Source of the DNA: an uncultured Candidatus Saccharibacteria bacterium
GTDB taxonomy: Bacteria; Patescibacteriota; Doudnabacteria; UBA920
Direction of reading: 5' to 3'
Assembly: GCA_964617815.1 (NCBI GenBank)
Contig: CAZTXY010000004.1
Coordinates: 1 to 63,602 of the forward strand
DNA: 63,602 nt
Notes under the pieces: model-generated
Databases searched by the model: none
Told to the model about the DNA's origin: nothing
Seen by the model: only the letters and a program-made list of their open reading frames with translations
Translations under genes and position numbers: made by a program
In this document: piece by piece, positions 26,771-37,015 of the stretch
Numbering within the stretch: the stretch's first letter is position 1
Layout of the letters: each line of letters opens with the position of its first letter

Positions 26771-27373
26771 ATGAAAACCAAAGACGCAAAGGTCGAGCTG
26801 GTGAGGGTTGCGCCAAGCCTACAAAGTGCTGTTCGAATGGCAGCGCTTGGTTTTGTGAAAGAAGAGTCTGTGATGTCAGTCGAAGATGTGGAATCCCATT
26901 TGAAGAGTGGTGAGTTGATATACCACATCTTTGTTGGCAAAAGCGAAGCAGGGTTTGCGATCTTCGCAGTATGCGACGACATTCTCTACTTGTCTGGAAT
27001 AATCATTATTCCAGAGTTTCAGAGTATGGGAATTAACGGGTTGGCTGTACAGCAAGCAAGATTGCTTTATCCGCAGTGCAAGTACTTGGCGCTTCGGACA
27101 CAAAGTTTGAGAATGTACTTGGCCGCATCACGACTGTGTCGGGAATTTTATCCCACAGTCGAGAATCTGGGCATTCCGGAAAACTTTGCAAGTCGTGGTC
27201 ACCAGGTGGCCAAAATGATTAATTCAAAATTTCCTGTACACCAGGGTTGTTATGGTGGCCCTTTGTACGGAACTAAACCTGGCTACAAGGATAAGCGACT
27301 GCAAAATCTCTGGGACGAGCTTTGCAATTTTGAAAGAGGAGACGCGATAATTTTTATCGGCATGCTCCTGTAG
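26771..27373 (+). CDS. GNAT-like acetyltransferase, GC-enriched
   Basis: GIIIIPEFQSMGINGLAVQQA resembles the GNAT motif A. Strong AAAGGAGG RBS. GC is visibly higher than the flanks. Confidence 0.45.
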   Translation: MKTKDAKVELVRVAPSLQSAVRMAALGFVKEESVMSVEDVESHLKSGELIYHIFVGKSEAGFAIFAVCDDILYLSGIIIIPEFQSMGINGLAVQQARLLYPQCKYLALRTQSLRMYLAASRLCREFYPTVENLGIPENFASRGHQVAKMINSKFPVHQGCYGGPLYGTKPGYKDKRLQNLWDELCNFERGDAIIFIGMLL

Positions 27374-27432
27374 AAAGCTTGGGTGAAGACATCGTAAGAT
27401 GTCTTCACCCACCAAATTAAATTTATAAATAT

Positions 27433-28176
27433 ATGAATTACAAAAATATCTTATTGATTGGTGGTACACATGGCGATGAAAGAACAGGTGTAGATTTAGT
27501 GAAGTATTTTGAAAATAATCCTTCGCAATACATTAAAACATTGATTGCTAATATTACTGCTGTTAAAGAAAACGTCAGGTTTATGGAAACCGATATGAAT
27601 CGGAGTGTTGGAAAAATAATTCCCATATCTTATGAAGAAGTATTGGTGAAGCAATTAGAGCCAGTAATAAAACAATCTGAGCTTGTTATTGAATTTCATA
27701 ATACCACTGCTAGTAATAATACTTGTGGAATTGTAACTACTAAGCCAAATCATTTACATTATTCTTTGGCAAATCATTTTGGGTTAAGCCGAATTTTGAT
27801 TATGCCTGCGAAAGGTTCTCTAAGCGGAATAAATTCTGAGAAATTTTTTAGTTTGGAAATATCGAACGATGATGTAAATTTTACCAGCATACAAAATTTA
27901 CAATCTAAAATAAAAGGTCTGCCAAGGCTTAAAATTATTCCCAATAAAAATGTTGGTGAATATAAATTTATAGGGATAACAGTTTCGAGAGCTACACTTA
28001 AAAGATTAAAAATATCTTTATCAGATATCAAAAATTTTCAAGCTTTTACAATAAAACAAAAATCCTTATTGCAGTTGTCTAAAGCTGGTAAATTTTGCCC
28101 AATTTTTATTGGAGAAAAGGCCTATGGTAATGAGTTTGGTTTCTATATTGCGGAGATTGTAAGCCGAATTAAATGA
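27433..28176 (+). CDS. Succinylglutamate desuccinylase/aspartoacylase-family zinc hydrolase
   Basis: GGTHGDERTG N-terminal zinc motif. Confidence 0.6.
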   Translation: MNYKNILLIGGTHGDERTGVDLVKYFENNPSQYIKTLIANITAVKENVRFMETDMNRSVGKIIPISYEEVLVKQLEPVIKQSELVIEFHNTTASNNTCGIVTTKPNHLHYSLANHFGLSRILIMPAKGSLSGINSEKFFSLEISNDDVNFTSIQNLQSKIKGLPRLKIIPNKNVGEYKFIGITVSRATLKRLKISLSDIKNFQAFTIKQKSLLQLSKAGKFCPIFIGEKAYGNEFGFYIAEIVSRIK

Positions 28177-28281
28177 CTTAATTTAAGAGGCACTCAAAGA
28201 TTACCGAAAAAGCAATTTTTTTGGTATGATAACTTTCTAAGAGAACCTCAGATTATTTAATAAAGTAAAAGCAATATTAGT

Positions 28282-28857
28282 ATGATCAAAGCAATTTTAT
28301 TTGATGCAGATGGAGTAGTGTTACAAAAACATGGTTATTTTAGCGAACGCTTTGCACAAGACTTTAGCGTGCCTATAGAAAAAGTCACACAATTTTTTAA
28401 AAACGAATTTCGGGTTTGCCAGCTGGGTCAGAGTGATCTCAAACAAATTTTGCCTGAATTTTTGAATTCTTGGGGCTGGCAAAAATCAGTTGATGAATTT
28501 TTAGAGTATTGGTTTAACTTTGACGTGCAATTAGACAGAGATGTCTTGGGTGTTATCAAAGATTTGCGTGATAAAGGTACTAAATGTTATTTAGCTACAG
28601 ATCAGGAAAAGTATCGCGCAGAGTATTTACTAGAGACTGCAAAATTCAACCAAGTCTTTGATGGTTGTTACTTTTCTTATGCCTTAGGGGTTTCAAAGTC
28701 TGATAAAACTTTTTTCGAAAAAGTACTTCAAGATCTCAACTGCGAGCCAAGTGAGTTAATATATTTTGACGACGATCAAAGCAATGTTGATGCGGCTAAA
28801 TCCCTTGGCATTGATGCACGGCTGTATAATAGCTTTGTGCAGTTAAAACAGCTATAA
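28282..28857 (+). CDS. HAD-superfamily hydrolase
   Basis: ILFDADGVV (DxDG) and DDD motif IV. Confidence 0.8.
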   Translation: MIKAILFDADGVVLQKHGYFSERFAQDFSVPIEKVTQFFKNEFRVCQLGQSDLKQILPEFLNSWGWQKSVDEFLEYWFNFDVQLDRDVLGVIKDLRDKGTKCYLATDQEKYRAEYLLETAKFNQVFDGCYFSYALGVSKSDKTFFEKVLQDLNCEPSELIYFDDDQSNVDAAKSLGIDARLYNSFVQLKQL

Positions 28858-28865
28858 TTATAAAT

Positions 28866-29936
28866 ATGAATTTAGATGAACTTGGGTGGGATAGATATTG
28901 TGAATTATCAAATTTGTCTGTACTTCCAAGTCCAGACAGTGTTGCTCGTGTGGCAGTTGAAAACAAAACTAACTATCTTTTGTATGCTAGAGCCGGAGAG
29001 CTGAGCGGCATTGTTCGAGGTAACTGGCTGAAGGACGAAAGCAAAGATTTACCAAAAGTTGGGGACTGGGTTGTTTTTGAAAAACTCCAAGGAGAAGACA
29101 AGGCTGTTGTCTTGGAAATTTTGCCGCGCCTTGGAGAAGTGTCCAGACCGAGTGTGGAAAAAGATAAATCCAAACAGGTCATTGCTACAAACGTTGATTT
29201 GTTATTCATTGTTCAAGGCTTGGACGATAATTACAGTCTCCCCCGTCTTCAGCGTTATATTTTAATGGCCAAGCAAAGCGGGGCAGTACCGATTATTTTA
29301 CTAAACAAAGCAGACTTAGCTGATAACCCACTTGATAGTGTCGCTGAGGTTAAACAGATTTTGCCAGACGTGGCTGTGTTTGCGGTCAGTATAAATCAGG
29401 CAAAAGGTTTAGAGAATGTGACGCAGTATATTCGTTCAGGCATGACAGTAGCTTTTGTCGGCTCATCTGGAGTAGGTAAGTCGAGTATTGTAAATAGCTT
29501 GTTTGGTTTTGCAAAACAGCAGACTAAAACAGTGCGAGAAAGCGATAGTCGTGGTCGCCACACGACAACAAAGCGTGAGCTTTTACTTTTGCCGCAAGGT
29601 GGTCTGGTTATTGACACACCGGGCATGCGTGAACTGCAAGTCACGGCCGACGACGAAACTATTGGTGGAACCTTTGTTGATATTGAAATGTTGGCAGGGA
29701 AGTGTGAATTTCGAAACTGTGACCATATTGGAAGCCAAGGCTGCGCAATTTTAGATGCAGTCCAACATGGAGAGCTTGATCCGGTTAGATATGCCCAGTT
29801 TATTAAGCTTCGAAAAGAAGCAGAGTTTTCTGCTTCCAAATCTGATGAAAAGTTGTCGCTACAAAGGAAGGCAGGGAAGAAGCGCCAAGCTAAAAATATA
29901 AAAACAGTTTTACAAAACAAAGGCCGAAAGAAGTAA
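28866..29936 (+). CDS. rsgA: Ribosome small-subunit-dependent GTPase A
   Basis: Circularly permuted G motifs NKADL...GSSGVGKSS...DTPG and zinc motif CEFRNCDHIGSQGC. Confidence 0.9.
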   Translation: MNLDELGWDRYCELSNLSVLPSPDSVARVAVENKTNYLLYARAGELSGIVRGNWLKDESKDLPKVGDWVVFEKLQGEDKAVVLEILPRLGEVSRPSVEKDKSKQVIATNVDLLFIVQGLDDNYSLPRLQRYILMAKQSGAVPIILLNKADLADNPLDSVAEVKQILPDVAVFAVSINQAKGLENVTQYIRSGMTVAFVGSSGVGKSSIVNSLFGFAKQQTKTVRESDSRGRHTTTKRELLLLPQGGLVIDTPGMRELQVTADDETIGGTFVDIEMLAGKCEFRNCDHIGSQGCAILDAVQHGELDPVRYAQFIKLRKEAEFSASKSDEKLSLQRKAGKKRQAKNIKTVLQNKGRKK

Positions 29937-29958
29937 TCGCATAGTGTATTCCGGTCTA

Positions 29959-30037
29959 CTGTCATTCCGAGCTTGTCTAGGAATCTCCGTGCCTATAATT
30001 GAGATCCTTCTCCGCCGTAGGCGGATCAGGATGACAG
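29959..30037. repeat. CTGTCAT-family element, complete
   Basis: ctgtcattccgagcttgtctaggaatctc...gagatccttctccgccgtaggcggatcaggatgacag. The right arm plus gtgctgggg matches 63211-63256. Confidence 0.9.
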
Positions 30038-30104
30038 TGCTGGGGTGTGACGACAGTGTGACTGGAATGGGATTAAAAAATTACCACTCCCCCATCTTAA
30101 AAAT

Positions 30105-30133
30105 AAAAAATCACCGCTTACGGTGATTTTTTT
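30105..30133. terminator. Bidirectional terminator overlapping the PBP1A stop
   Basis: A-run, atcaccg-ctta-cggtgat stem, T-run. Confidence 0.8.
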
Positions 30134-32196
30134 GGTTTGCTGTTTTCATTAAGTGGTGGGTTGGCATAATCTGCATAAACTTCTGTCCGCCATTTTTTTG
30201 CATTTTTGGCTGCTGGCCGATCGTTATATAAGTTTAATTTTTTTTCAATAATTCCTGGAGGTGGCGTAAAATTTTCTACCGGAAGATTGGCCGTAGCGGC
30301 TATCATAAACTTTTGCCAAATTGGTGCAGCTACAAAAACTGCATCTGCATTTTTTTTGAGAAGCGTTCCGTCGTTATTACCAACCCAAACTCCAGCGGCT
30401 AATTGTGGAGTGAAGCCAAGTGTCCAAGCATCGTGCCAGTCTTGTGTTGTGCCGGTTTTGGCGGCTACCGGTCGGTCCGGTAATGTTAGGGGGGATTTTG
30501 CGCCAAAAACATATGTCCTCGCGTCATTGTCAGTCATGATACTTATAAGTGAGTAAGCTGCTTGTTGGTCAACAACTTGGCTATTTTTTGGAGTGTAGCT
30601 TTCAAGTGTGTAGCCATATTTATTTTCAATGCGCATTATCCCAGTATTGCCATTGTTTTTGCCTCCATTGGCTAAAGCGCCAAAGGCTGCTGTATGGTCA
30701 ATAAGTTTAACTTCACAGCTTCCTAAAACAAGAGTTAGACCGCAGTTTTGAAGTGGTGTTGTGATGCCAAGACCTTTTGCAGTTAGCGTAACGTTATCAA
30801 TGCCAACTAAAGCTAGCGTTCTTACTGCCGGGACATTTAAACTTCCAGCTAAAGCTTTTCGCATTGTCATCCAGCCTCTACTACTGCCATCATAATTTTT
30901 GGGAATATAAGCAGGGGAGCCGGGGCTAGAAAAATTTTTTGGTATATCCAAGATTCTGGAAGTTGGACCATAACCAAATTTGGGGCCAAAAGCAGTTACA
31001 TAGGCGTATGGCTTGAAACTACTACCAGGCTGGCGAAGGGAGTTAGCGACGTTGACTTCTGGTTCAAACAAGCAGTTGTGACCGGGAATGCATCCTTTTG
31101 GTTCAGGTTCTGCAAAGAAATCTTTACTCCCGACCATAGCTAGAATTTGTCCGGTTTTCGGGTCTACGGCGACCAAGCTTCCGTTGTGACCATTAAATTT
31201 TTTTGAGGTTTCAACAACACCTTCGCTAAGTACTTGTTCGGCTATTTTCTGTAAATTTGGATCGAGAGTGGTGTAGACTTTAAGCCCACCTTCTTCTAGT
31301 AGTTGCTGGCCATACTCTTGTTCCAAATAATTTTGTATCCAAAAAACAAAGTGGGGAGCAGAAATTTTTGAGGTATTTTTTATGACTGTTACACGTTCAT
31401 TTTTAGCTTTAACAAATTGTTCTGCTGAAATGAGAGTTTGTTCTCGCATTACTGTTAGAATATAATTTTTCCGGCTTTCTAGCTCTAGGGCATTAGGCCC
31501 AGCTGGATTAAGGTAGCTTGGCGCTTGGGGTAGGGCAGCTAGAAGCGCACTTTCAGAAAGTGTCAAGTCTTTCGCACTTTTGCCAAGATAAATTTGGCTG
31601 GCAGCTTCAATGCCGTAGGCGTTGCGACCGTAAGGGATTTCGTTTAAATAGAGTTGTAGAATTTCGTCTTTACTCAAGCTACTTTCAAGTTTTATCGACA
31701 ATCCAATCTCACTAATTTTTCGTTTAAAGGAACGGTCAGGTGAAAGTAGGGCATTTTTGACAAATTGCTGGGTAATAGTACTCCCTCCTTGTTCCGTTTC
31801 CCCACTTTTGTAGTTCACTAAAATTGAACGTGCAATACCGGCAAGCGAAAATGCACCATGTTTGTAAAAATCCTTATCCTCGACGGCAATGGTCGCTTGT
31901 TTGATAAAAGGGGACATTTGGTCAAGGCTAATTGGAGAGCGTCTGGTTTCGCCATAAATTTCGTAAAGAAGTTGGCCGTTGCGTGCAAAAATTTTACTTG
32001 GTTCAGCGACGTCACGCTTTATAAGTGTTTCCGGGTCTGGCAGTCTGTAAATATAGAAGCCAAAAGTTAAAACTGTGAAAGTCGCTAAGAGAATTAAAAT
32101 ACCAAAAAAAGTTAAGATTACAGACAAAACTGTTTTTGTTAGAGATCTTTTAAGATGGTGAAAAAAATCTTGAAATGAATTGTTGCTATTTTTCAT
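30118..32196 (-). CDS. Class A penicillin-binding protein (glycosyltransferase GT51 plus transpeptidase)
   Basis: EDKDFYKHGA, GGSTITQQ and RKISE (GT51). SSFKP and KTGTT (TP). The start is moved to MKNSNN, because the track N-terminus runs through the neighbour's terminator. Confidence 0.9.
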   Translation of the reverse strand: MKNSNNSFQDFFHHLKRSLTKTVLSVILTFFGILILLATFTVLTFGFYIYRLPDPETLIKRDVAEPSKIFARNGQLLYEIYGETRRSPISLDQMSPFIKQATIAVEDKDFYKHGAFSLAGIARSILVNYKSGETEQGGSTITQQFVKNALLSPDRSFKRKISEIGLSIKLESSLSKDEILQLYLNEIPYGRNAYGIEAASQIYLGKSAKDLTLSESALLAALPQAPSYLNPAGPNALELESRKNYILTVMREQTLISAEQFVKAKNERVTVIKNTSKISAPHFVFWIQNYLEQEYGQQLLEEGGLKVYTTLDPNLQKIAEQVLSEGVVETSKKFNGHNGSLVAVDPKTGQILAMVGSKDFFAEPEPKGCIPGHNCLFEPEVNVANSLRQPGSSFKPYAYVTAFGPKFGYGPTSRILDIPKNFSSPGSPAYIPKNYDGSSRGWMTMRKALAGSLNVPAVRTLALVGIDNVTLTAKGLGITTPLQNCGLTLVLGSCEVKLIDHTAAFGALANGGKNNGNTGIMRIENKYGYTLESYTPKNSQVVDQQAAYSLISIMTDNDARTYVFGAKSPLTLPDRPVAAKTGTTQDWHDAWTLGFTPQLAAGVWVGNNDGTLLKKNADAVFVAAPIWQKFMIAATANLPVENFTPPPGIIEKKLNLYNDRPAAKNAKKWRTEVYADYANPPLNENSKPKKSP

Positions 32197-32227
32197 ATAA
32201 GTGTAGTATAGCTTATTTTTTGAGTCT

Positions 32228-32272
32228 AAAAAAAACAAAGAGCGCGGGCACGATTGTGGTCGTGTCCGCGCT
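32228..32272 (-). terminator. Terminator of the 213-aa islet gene (13-bp stem plus T-run)
   Basis: agcgcgggcacga-ttgtgg-tcgtgtccgcgct, with an A8 run on the plus strand. Confidence 0.85.
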
Positions 32273-32317
32273 GTCTGGTTTTGGTTCATGGAATCCTCCT
32301 TGGAAGCCATCTCTTGA

Positions 32318-32959
32318 TTATCTAGCCCCTCTGGGGCCGGGAGCAAATTCTTGCACCTCTATGCCCAGGGCTCTGAGCCGTCGCTTGAAGACGGGTCGCC
32401 AGTTGGCGTTTATTTTTGCATCTGGGTAGACTGCAAAAAGTTTGATCTGTGCCGCTTCTTGAGTGTGGCACCCTTCTGCAATCACGAAGTCGAGCGCTTG
32501 GGTTAGTGAGTGAAATTGGGTTGGCAAACTAGCAGAGTCGTCGCTGGTCTTGAATGTTCCCAAAATTTCGAGCATGGTTTGTTCGAAGAAAGTCGTAGGA
32601 ATTTCTTCACTCGACAATCTCTCTGGCTTCTCTCGTGGCGTTTCTTTGAGCCAGCGGAATTGTCTTAGCTGACTTTCCATCGAGTCAGCGTTCTTTACCG
32701 AAATGACTTCGGCGTGATTGTTTCGGGCGGCTTGGGCAACAAGCCAACTGTAGTCTTGTCCTTCCACACTCTCCTTGTTAATCACCACAGACCTGACCTT
32801 TTTTGGGAGGTCATGTTTGTGGAGCTGCATTTGGACCATGAAGGCCAGCGTCATGAAGTCGAACTTCTCGACATCGCTGAATTCTTCCTTAAGAGTTGCG
32901 AGGTTATCCTGCGAGTCTACTACCAGGACAACACTTCCAGCTTTGAGAAACTTTGTCAC
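32318..32959 (-). CDS. ORFan, 213 aa, GC-enriched islet B
   Basis: GTG start 4 nt after GGAGG. No recognisable motif. It has its own promoter and terminator. Confidence 0.45.
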   Translation of the reverse strand: MTKFLKAGSVVLVVDSQDNLATLKEEFSDVEKFDFMTLAFMVQMQLHKHDLPKKVRSVVINKESVEGQDYSWLVAQAARNNHAEVISVKNADSMESQLRQFRWLKETPREKPERLSSEEIPTTFFEQTMLEILGTFKTSDDSASLPTQFHSLTQALDFVIAEGCHTQEAAQIKLFAVYPDAKINANWRPVFKRRLRALGIEVQEFAPGPRGAR

Positions 32960-32991
32960 AAGGCCTCCTTTTTGGTCTGTGTCCGGATTGT

Positions 32992-33020
32992 ATTATAGGC
33001 TAGTGAGTATTATTGAGCAA
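32992..33020 (-). promoter_or_regulatory. Promoter of islet B gene, TTGCTC-N17-TATAAT
   Basis: Read on the minus strand. It is divergent from the abrB-like promoter. Confidence 0.6.
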
Positions 33021-33027
33021 TATTGCT
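33016..33027. promoter_or_regulatory. Perfect 12-bp palindrome AGCAATATTGCT between divergent promoters (candidate operator)
   Basis: It overlaps the minus-strand -35 box and ends 8 nt before the plus-strand -35 box. Confidence 0.35.
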
Positions 33028-33035
33028 ATATATAG

Positions 33036-33064
33036 TTGACAATTAGGTTTTCTAAGCGTATGAT
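33036..33064 (+). promoter_or_regulatory. Promoter TTGACA-N17-TATGAT of the abrB-like/efflux operon
   Basis: Consensus -35 box. The track ORF 'start' at 33036 is in fact this box. Confidence 0.7.
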
Positions 33065-33098
33065 AAGTATGATATTTCATACACTAATTATTACAATT

Positions 33099-33401
33099 AT
33101 GAAGCAGACAATTGACCCATATTTTTATAGGCAAGACAAAATGTATGGGACAACAACCGTTGGCAGTAGAGGGCAGATTGTAATCCCTGCTGAAGCTCGC
33201 AAAGAGCTGGGAATAAAGCCAGGTGATCAACTTTTAGTTATGGGAAAATTTGGCAAAGTCTTGGGGCTTATGAAGGCCGAGCAGTTAACTGAACTCGTTT
33301 CTATGTTTATGGATCATATTGCCGACCCGCGAGCTAAGCAGGAGATAAAAAAACGTACCCAACAAATTTTGGAACAAGTGGGACGTAAGGATAAAATTTA
33401 A
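33099..33401 (+). CDS. AbrB/MazE/SpoVT-family DNA-binding protein
   Basis: GTTTVGSRGQIVIPAEARKELGIKPGDQLLV swapped-hairpin motif. The start is uncertain (ATG at 33099 or 33141). Confidence 0.65.
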   Translation: MKQTIDPYFYRQDKMYGTTTVGSRGQIVIPAEARKELGIKPGDQLLVMGKFGKVLGLMKAEQLTELVSMFMDHIADPRAKQEIKKRTQQILEQVGRKDKI

Positions 33402-33419
33402 GAATTAGGATTTAACTTT

Positions 33420-34985
33420 ATGAATTTACGAAATTGGTTTACAAAAAAGCGCGTAATTATTGGAAGCATAATCGCTCTTGTCGTAATTGTTGGGGCTGTG
33501 TTTAGTCGTGGTGGCAACGATGTCAGTAATATATTAACTGAAAAAGTAAAGAAAACAGATTTAAAGCAAACTGTCTTGGCTACAGGGCAGGTTACTAGCA
33601 CTACCGACTTAAGTTTGAGTTTTAAAGTTAGTGGGGTGGTGGACAGGGTATTTGTTAAAGTTGGTGACTCTGTAAAAAATGGTTCAGTTTTAGCTCAATT
33701 GCAACAACGTGATCAGTCTGCAAGTTTGATTACTGCTCGCGGAGCTTTGGCTTCTGCTAATGCAAATTACCAGCGTGTTCTTGAGGGGGCCAGTAGTGAA
33801 GAGGTTATTGTCTCACAGCGGGCGGTAGATTCAGCTTTAGTGACTTTAGAGAATGCAAAAAATAATTTAGCTAAAGTAAAAAGTCAACAAGAAACAGCTG
33901 TAAAAAATGCCTATCTCGCTCTTTTAAACTCAACCAATGCCGCTATTCCTAATTCAGGAAATCTCAGTGGGATGACTCCGACAATCTCTGGAACTTACAA
34001 TGGCTCAGCCAAAGGGTCTTATGTCCTGTCTGTATCAAGCGGCCGGTATTATGTTAATGGTTTAGAAAGTTCCAGTGGTACGCTGAGTACAAGTTTGACT
34101 GTCTTAGGGACAAAAGGATTGTATTTTCAGTTTAGCAGCATCACTCCAGCTCTCTACAGTGGCAATGACAGTTGGACAATTGAAATTCCAAACACTCAAG
34201 CTAGTAATTACGTCACTAACCTAAATATCTACAACGCGGCTTTAGAAACACAAAGCTCTAGCGTTTCAACAGCTGAGTCAACAGTTAGTGCAAGCATGAG
34301 CAGTTATGATCAGGCTATAGCAGCTTTGAATTTGAAAAAAGCTCAAGCCAGACCGGCAGATGTGTCAGCGGCGCGCGCCCAAATTTTGTCTGCCCAAGGT
34401 CAGGTCGCTTCTGCTTCTGCGGCCTTAGAGAATACCATAATCCGCGCGCCTGCAGATGGTACAATCACTACAGTCGATGTAAAAGTTGGCGAGCTTGCAA
34501 CAGCGCTCCAGCCACTTGTGATACTTCAAGATGTGGTAAATCTTCACGTGGAGTCTAATATTAGTGAAGCCAATATTGCTAATGTAAAACCAGGACAAGT
34601 TGTAGAAATTACGCTTGATGCTCTTGGACCTGACCGTAATTTTAAAGGAACTGTGCAAACTATCGACCCATCTTCTACAGTTGTCTCAGGCGTGGTTAAT
34701 TATAAAGTTATCGCTTCTTTAGAAAAATTACCGGAAATAAAACCCGGAATGACTGCTAACATGACGATTTTAGTTTCCCAAAAAGATGGTGTGCTTTCTG
34801 TACCTTCGCGCTCAGTGTTAAATGAAAATGGAAAAAAGCAAGTTCGCGTGATTACTGACAGCAAAAAGAAAACCTACGAAAACCACGAAGTGACTTTAGG
34901 GATTGAAGCCGACGGTGGTTTAGTAGAAATTACAAGTGGTTTAGAAGAAAACCAAGAAATCGTCACCTTTATTAATAAAAAGTAA
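33420..34985 (+). CDS. HlyD/MacA-type periplasmic adaptor (membrane fusion protein)
   Basis: N-terminal TM segment, lipoyl/barrel motifs (GDSVKNGSVLAQL...ADGTITTVDVKVGE), long coiled-coil insert. Confidence 0.8.
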   Translation: MNLRNWFTKKRVIIGSIIALVVIVGAVFSRGGNDVSNILTEKVKKTDLKQTVLATGQVTSTTDLSLSFKVSGVVDRVFVKVGDSVKNGSVLAQLQQRDQSASLITARGALASANANYQRVLEGASSEEVIVSQRAVDSALVTLENAKNNLAKVKSQQETAVKNAYLALLNSTNAAIPNSGNLSGMTPTISGTYNGSAKGSYVLSVSSGRYYVNGLESSSGTLSTSLTVLGTKGLYFQFSSITPALYSGNDSWTIEIPNTQASNYVTNLNIYNAALETQSSSVSTAESTVSASMSSYDQAIAALNLKKAQARPADVSAARAQILSAQGQVASASAALENTIIRAPADGTITTVDVKVGELATALQPLVILQDVVNLHVESNISEANIANVKPGQVVEITLDALGPDRNFKGTVQTIDPSSTVVSGVVNYKVIASLEKLPEIKPGMTANMTILVSQKDGVLSVPSRSVLNENGKKQVRVITDSKKKTYENHEVTLGIEADGGLVEITSGLEENQEIVTFINKK

Positions 34986-35007
34986 AAGTGGGCTTCAGCA
35001 TTATTCT

Positions 35008-35724
35008 ATGAATTTAATTTCTGTAGAAAATTTGACTAAAGATTATGTAAATGAAGATGTAGTGACGCAAGTGTTACGTGGAGTGAGCTTTACGATTAAA
35101 GCTGGTGAGTTTGTGGCGATTATGGGACCTTCAGGTAGTGGTAAGTCCACCCTGATGCATATTTTGGGTTTTTTGGATCGTCCAAGCAAAGGTCTTTATG
35201 AGTTCGAAGGAAAAAAGACGACAACTTTTTCCGACGATGAACTTGCTAAAGTTAGAAATGAACGCATTGGTTTTGTGTTTCAGTCTTTTAATCTCCTTGC
35301 TCGAACCTCAGTGCTTGATAATGTGAAATTACCATTGCTTTATAGTGCTCGCAAAAATCATACTCAGTTAGCAACAGAGGCGCTCAACGCGGTTGGGCTT
35401 AGTCACCGTTTAAATTATTTTACAAACCAAATTTCTGGTGGAGAAAAACAACGCGTTGCAATTGCGCGGGCATTGGTAAATGACCCAGCTTTAATTTTTG
35501 CAGACGAGCCAACTGGAAACCTTGACTCAAAGAGTGGAAATACTGTAATGAAAATCCTTCAAGATTTAAACAAAGCCGGTAGAACAATTATTTTAGTTAC
35601 TCACGAGTTAGACACGGCTCAACATGCTAAGCGTCTGATTAAAGTAAAAGACGGAGAAATTGTAAGCGATGAATCTATTAGTAACCGGACAATCGCCACA
35701 GACGAAGGGGATCTACAAAAGTAA
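35008..35724 (+). CDS. ABC transporter ATP-binding protein, MacB/LolD-like
   Basis: Walker [10 protein letters not shown], signature SGGEKQR, Walker B IFADEPT. Confidence 0.9.
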   Translation: MNLISVENLTKDYVNEDVVTQVLRGVSFTIKAGEFVAIMGPSGSGKSTLMHILGFLDRPSKGLYEFEGKKTTTFSDDELAKVRNERIGFVFQSFNLLARTSVLDNVKLPLLYSARKNHTQLATEALNAVGLSHRLNYFTNQISGGEKQRVAIARALVNDPALIFADEPTGNLDSKSGNTVMKILQDLNKAGRTIILVTHELDTAQHAKRLIKVKDGEIVSDESISNRTIATDEGDLQK

Positions 35725-35734
35725 ATAAATCACA

Positions 35735-37006
35735 GTGAATTTTTTTACGGAAATAAAACTTGTTTTTAAAGGTTTATTAGCGCGTAAAGGGCGTTCTTTT
35801 TTGACGATTTTAGGAATTGTTATTGGGGTAGCAGGAGTGATTGTGATTATTGCTTTAGGAGCAGGCGCGCAAAGTTTAGTGCTTGGTCAAATTACAAAAC
35901 TTGGCTCAAATTTGCTAAGCGTACAGCCTGGCAAAAGTAATGAAAAAGGACCGCCAGCACAAGTCTTTGGGATTGTCATAACAACTTTAGTTAACAGTGA
36001 TGCCGATGTATTGCGCAATAACCCAAGCATTCCGCATGCAGTGGCGGCTAACGCTTTAGTGCGTGGTCGGGCTACCGTAACATGGGAAAATAAAACCACT
36101 GATACTAATTTTATCGGCACAGACTCTGCCTATCCAAGCGTAGTTAGTTTTACTATGCAAGCTGGTGAATTTTTTAACGAGCAACAAGACAAAGGGGCTA
36201 GTAACGTTGTAGTGCTTGGCTCAACTGTGAGTGATCAATTATTTGGTGACAGTGGGACTGACCCCATTGGCCAAGTTATTAAAGTTAAAAGTGGTCCAAG
36301 TCAAAATGCTGGGGGAGTTCCACTTCGGGTAATTGGAGTAATTACTCCGCGTGGCAGTGCTTTTTTTCAAGATCAAGACGACCAAATTTTTATCCCTCTA
36401 GTTATTGGGCAACAACAACTCCTTGGAATTCGTTATTTGCAAGCAATCAATTTAAAAGTTGATGATGCCGTTAATGTTGATCAAACTTTATCAGAGGTAC
36501 ATGAAGTTTTAAAACAACGACATCGTATTCGTGACGATGCAGACGTCGATTTTACAATTCGGAACACCGCAGATGCTATTAGCATCTTAACCACAATCAC
36601 AAACGCTTTGCGTATTTTTCTGACAGCCATGGCTGGAATTGCACTTCTTGTTGGCGGTATTGGTATTCTTAACATTATGCTCGTGACTGTTGCTGAACGA
36701 ACTCGGGAAATTGGACTGCGTAAAGCTGTGGGTGCGAACAATCGCGCAATTCGTAACCAATTTCTATTTGAGGCCGGAACGTTAACTTTGCTTGGCGGCC
36801 TTGTCGGGATTATCGTAGGAATTGTGGTGGCCTATTTAATTTCTTTACTCATGAATAAACTTGGTTATGACTGGGCCTTTGTAGTTTCCATTACCTCAAT
36901 AGTATTAGCCATTGGCGTTTCCATTATAACTGGCGTAGCCTTTGGTTTATACCCAGCGCTAAAAGCCTCGAAGTTAAATCCAATTGACGCCTTAAGATAC
37001 GAATAA
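35735..37006 (+). CDS. ABC transporter permease, FtsX/MacB-type
   Basis: MacB periplasmic domain plus FtsX C-terminal 3 TM segments (ERTREIGLRKAVGA). Confidence 0.85.
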   Translation: MNFFTEIKLVFKGLLARKGRSFLTILGIVIGVAGVIVIIALGAGAQSLVLGQITKLGSNLLSVQPGKSNEKGPPAQVFGIVITTLVNSDADVLRNNPSIPHAVAANALVRGRATVTWENKTTDTNFIGTDSAYPSVVSFTMQAGEFFNEQQDKGASNVVVLGSTVSDQLFGDSGTDPIGQVIKVKSGPSQNAGGVPLRVIGVITPRGSAFFQDQDDQIFIPLVIGQQQLLGIRYLQAINLKVDDAVNVDQTLSEVHEVLKQRHRIRDDADVDFTIRNTADAISILTTITNALRIFLTAMAGIALLVGGIGILNIMLVTVAERTREIGLRKAVGANNRAIRNQFLFEAGTLTLLGGLVGIIVGIVVAYLISLLMNKLGYDWAFVVSITSIVLAIGVSIITGVAFGLYPALKASKLNPIDALRYE

Positions 37007-37015
37007 TTATATTTT

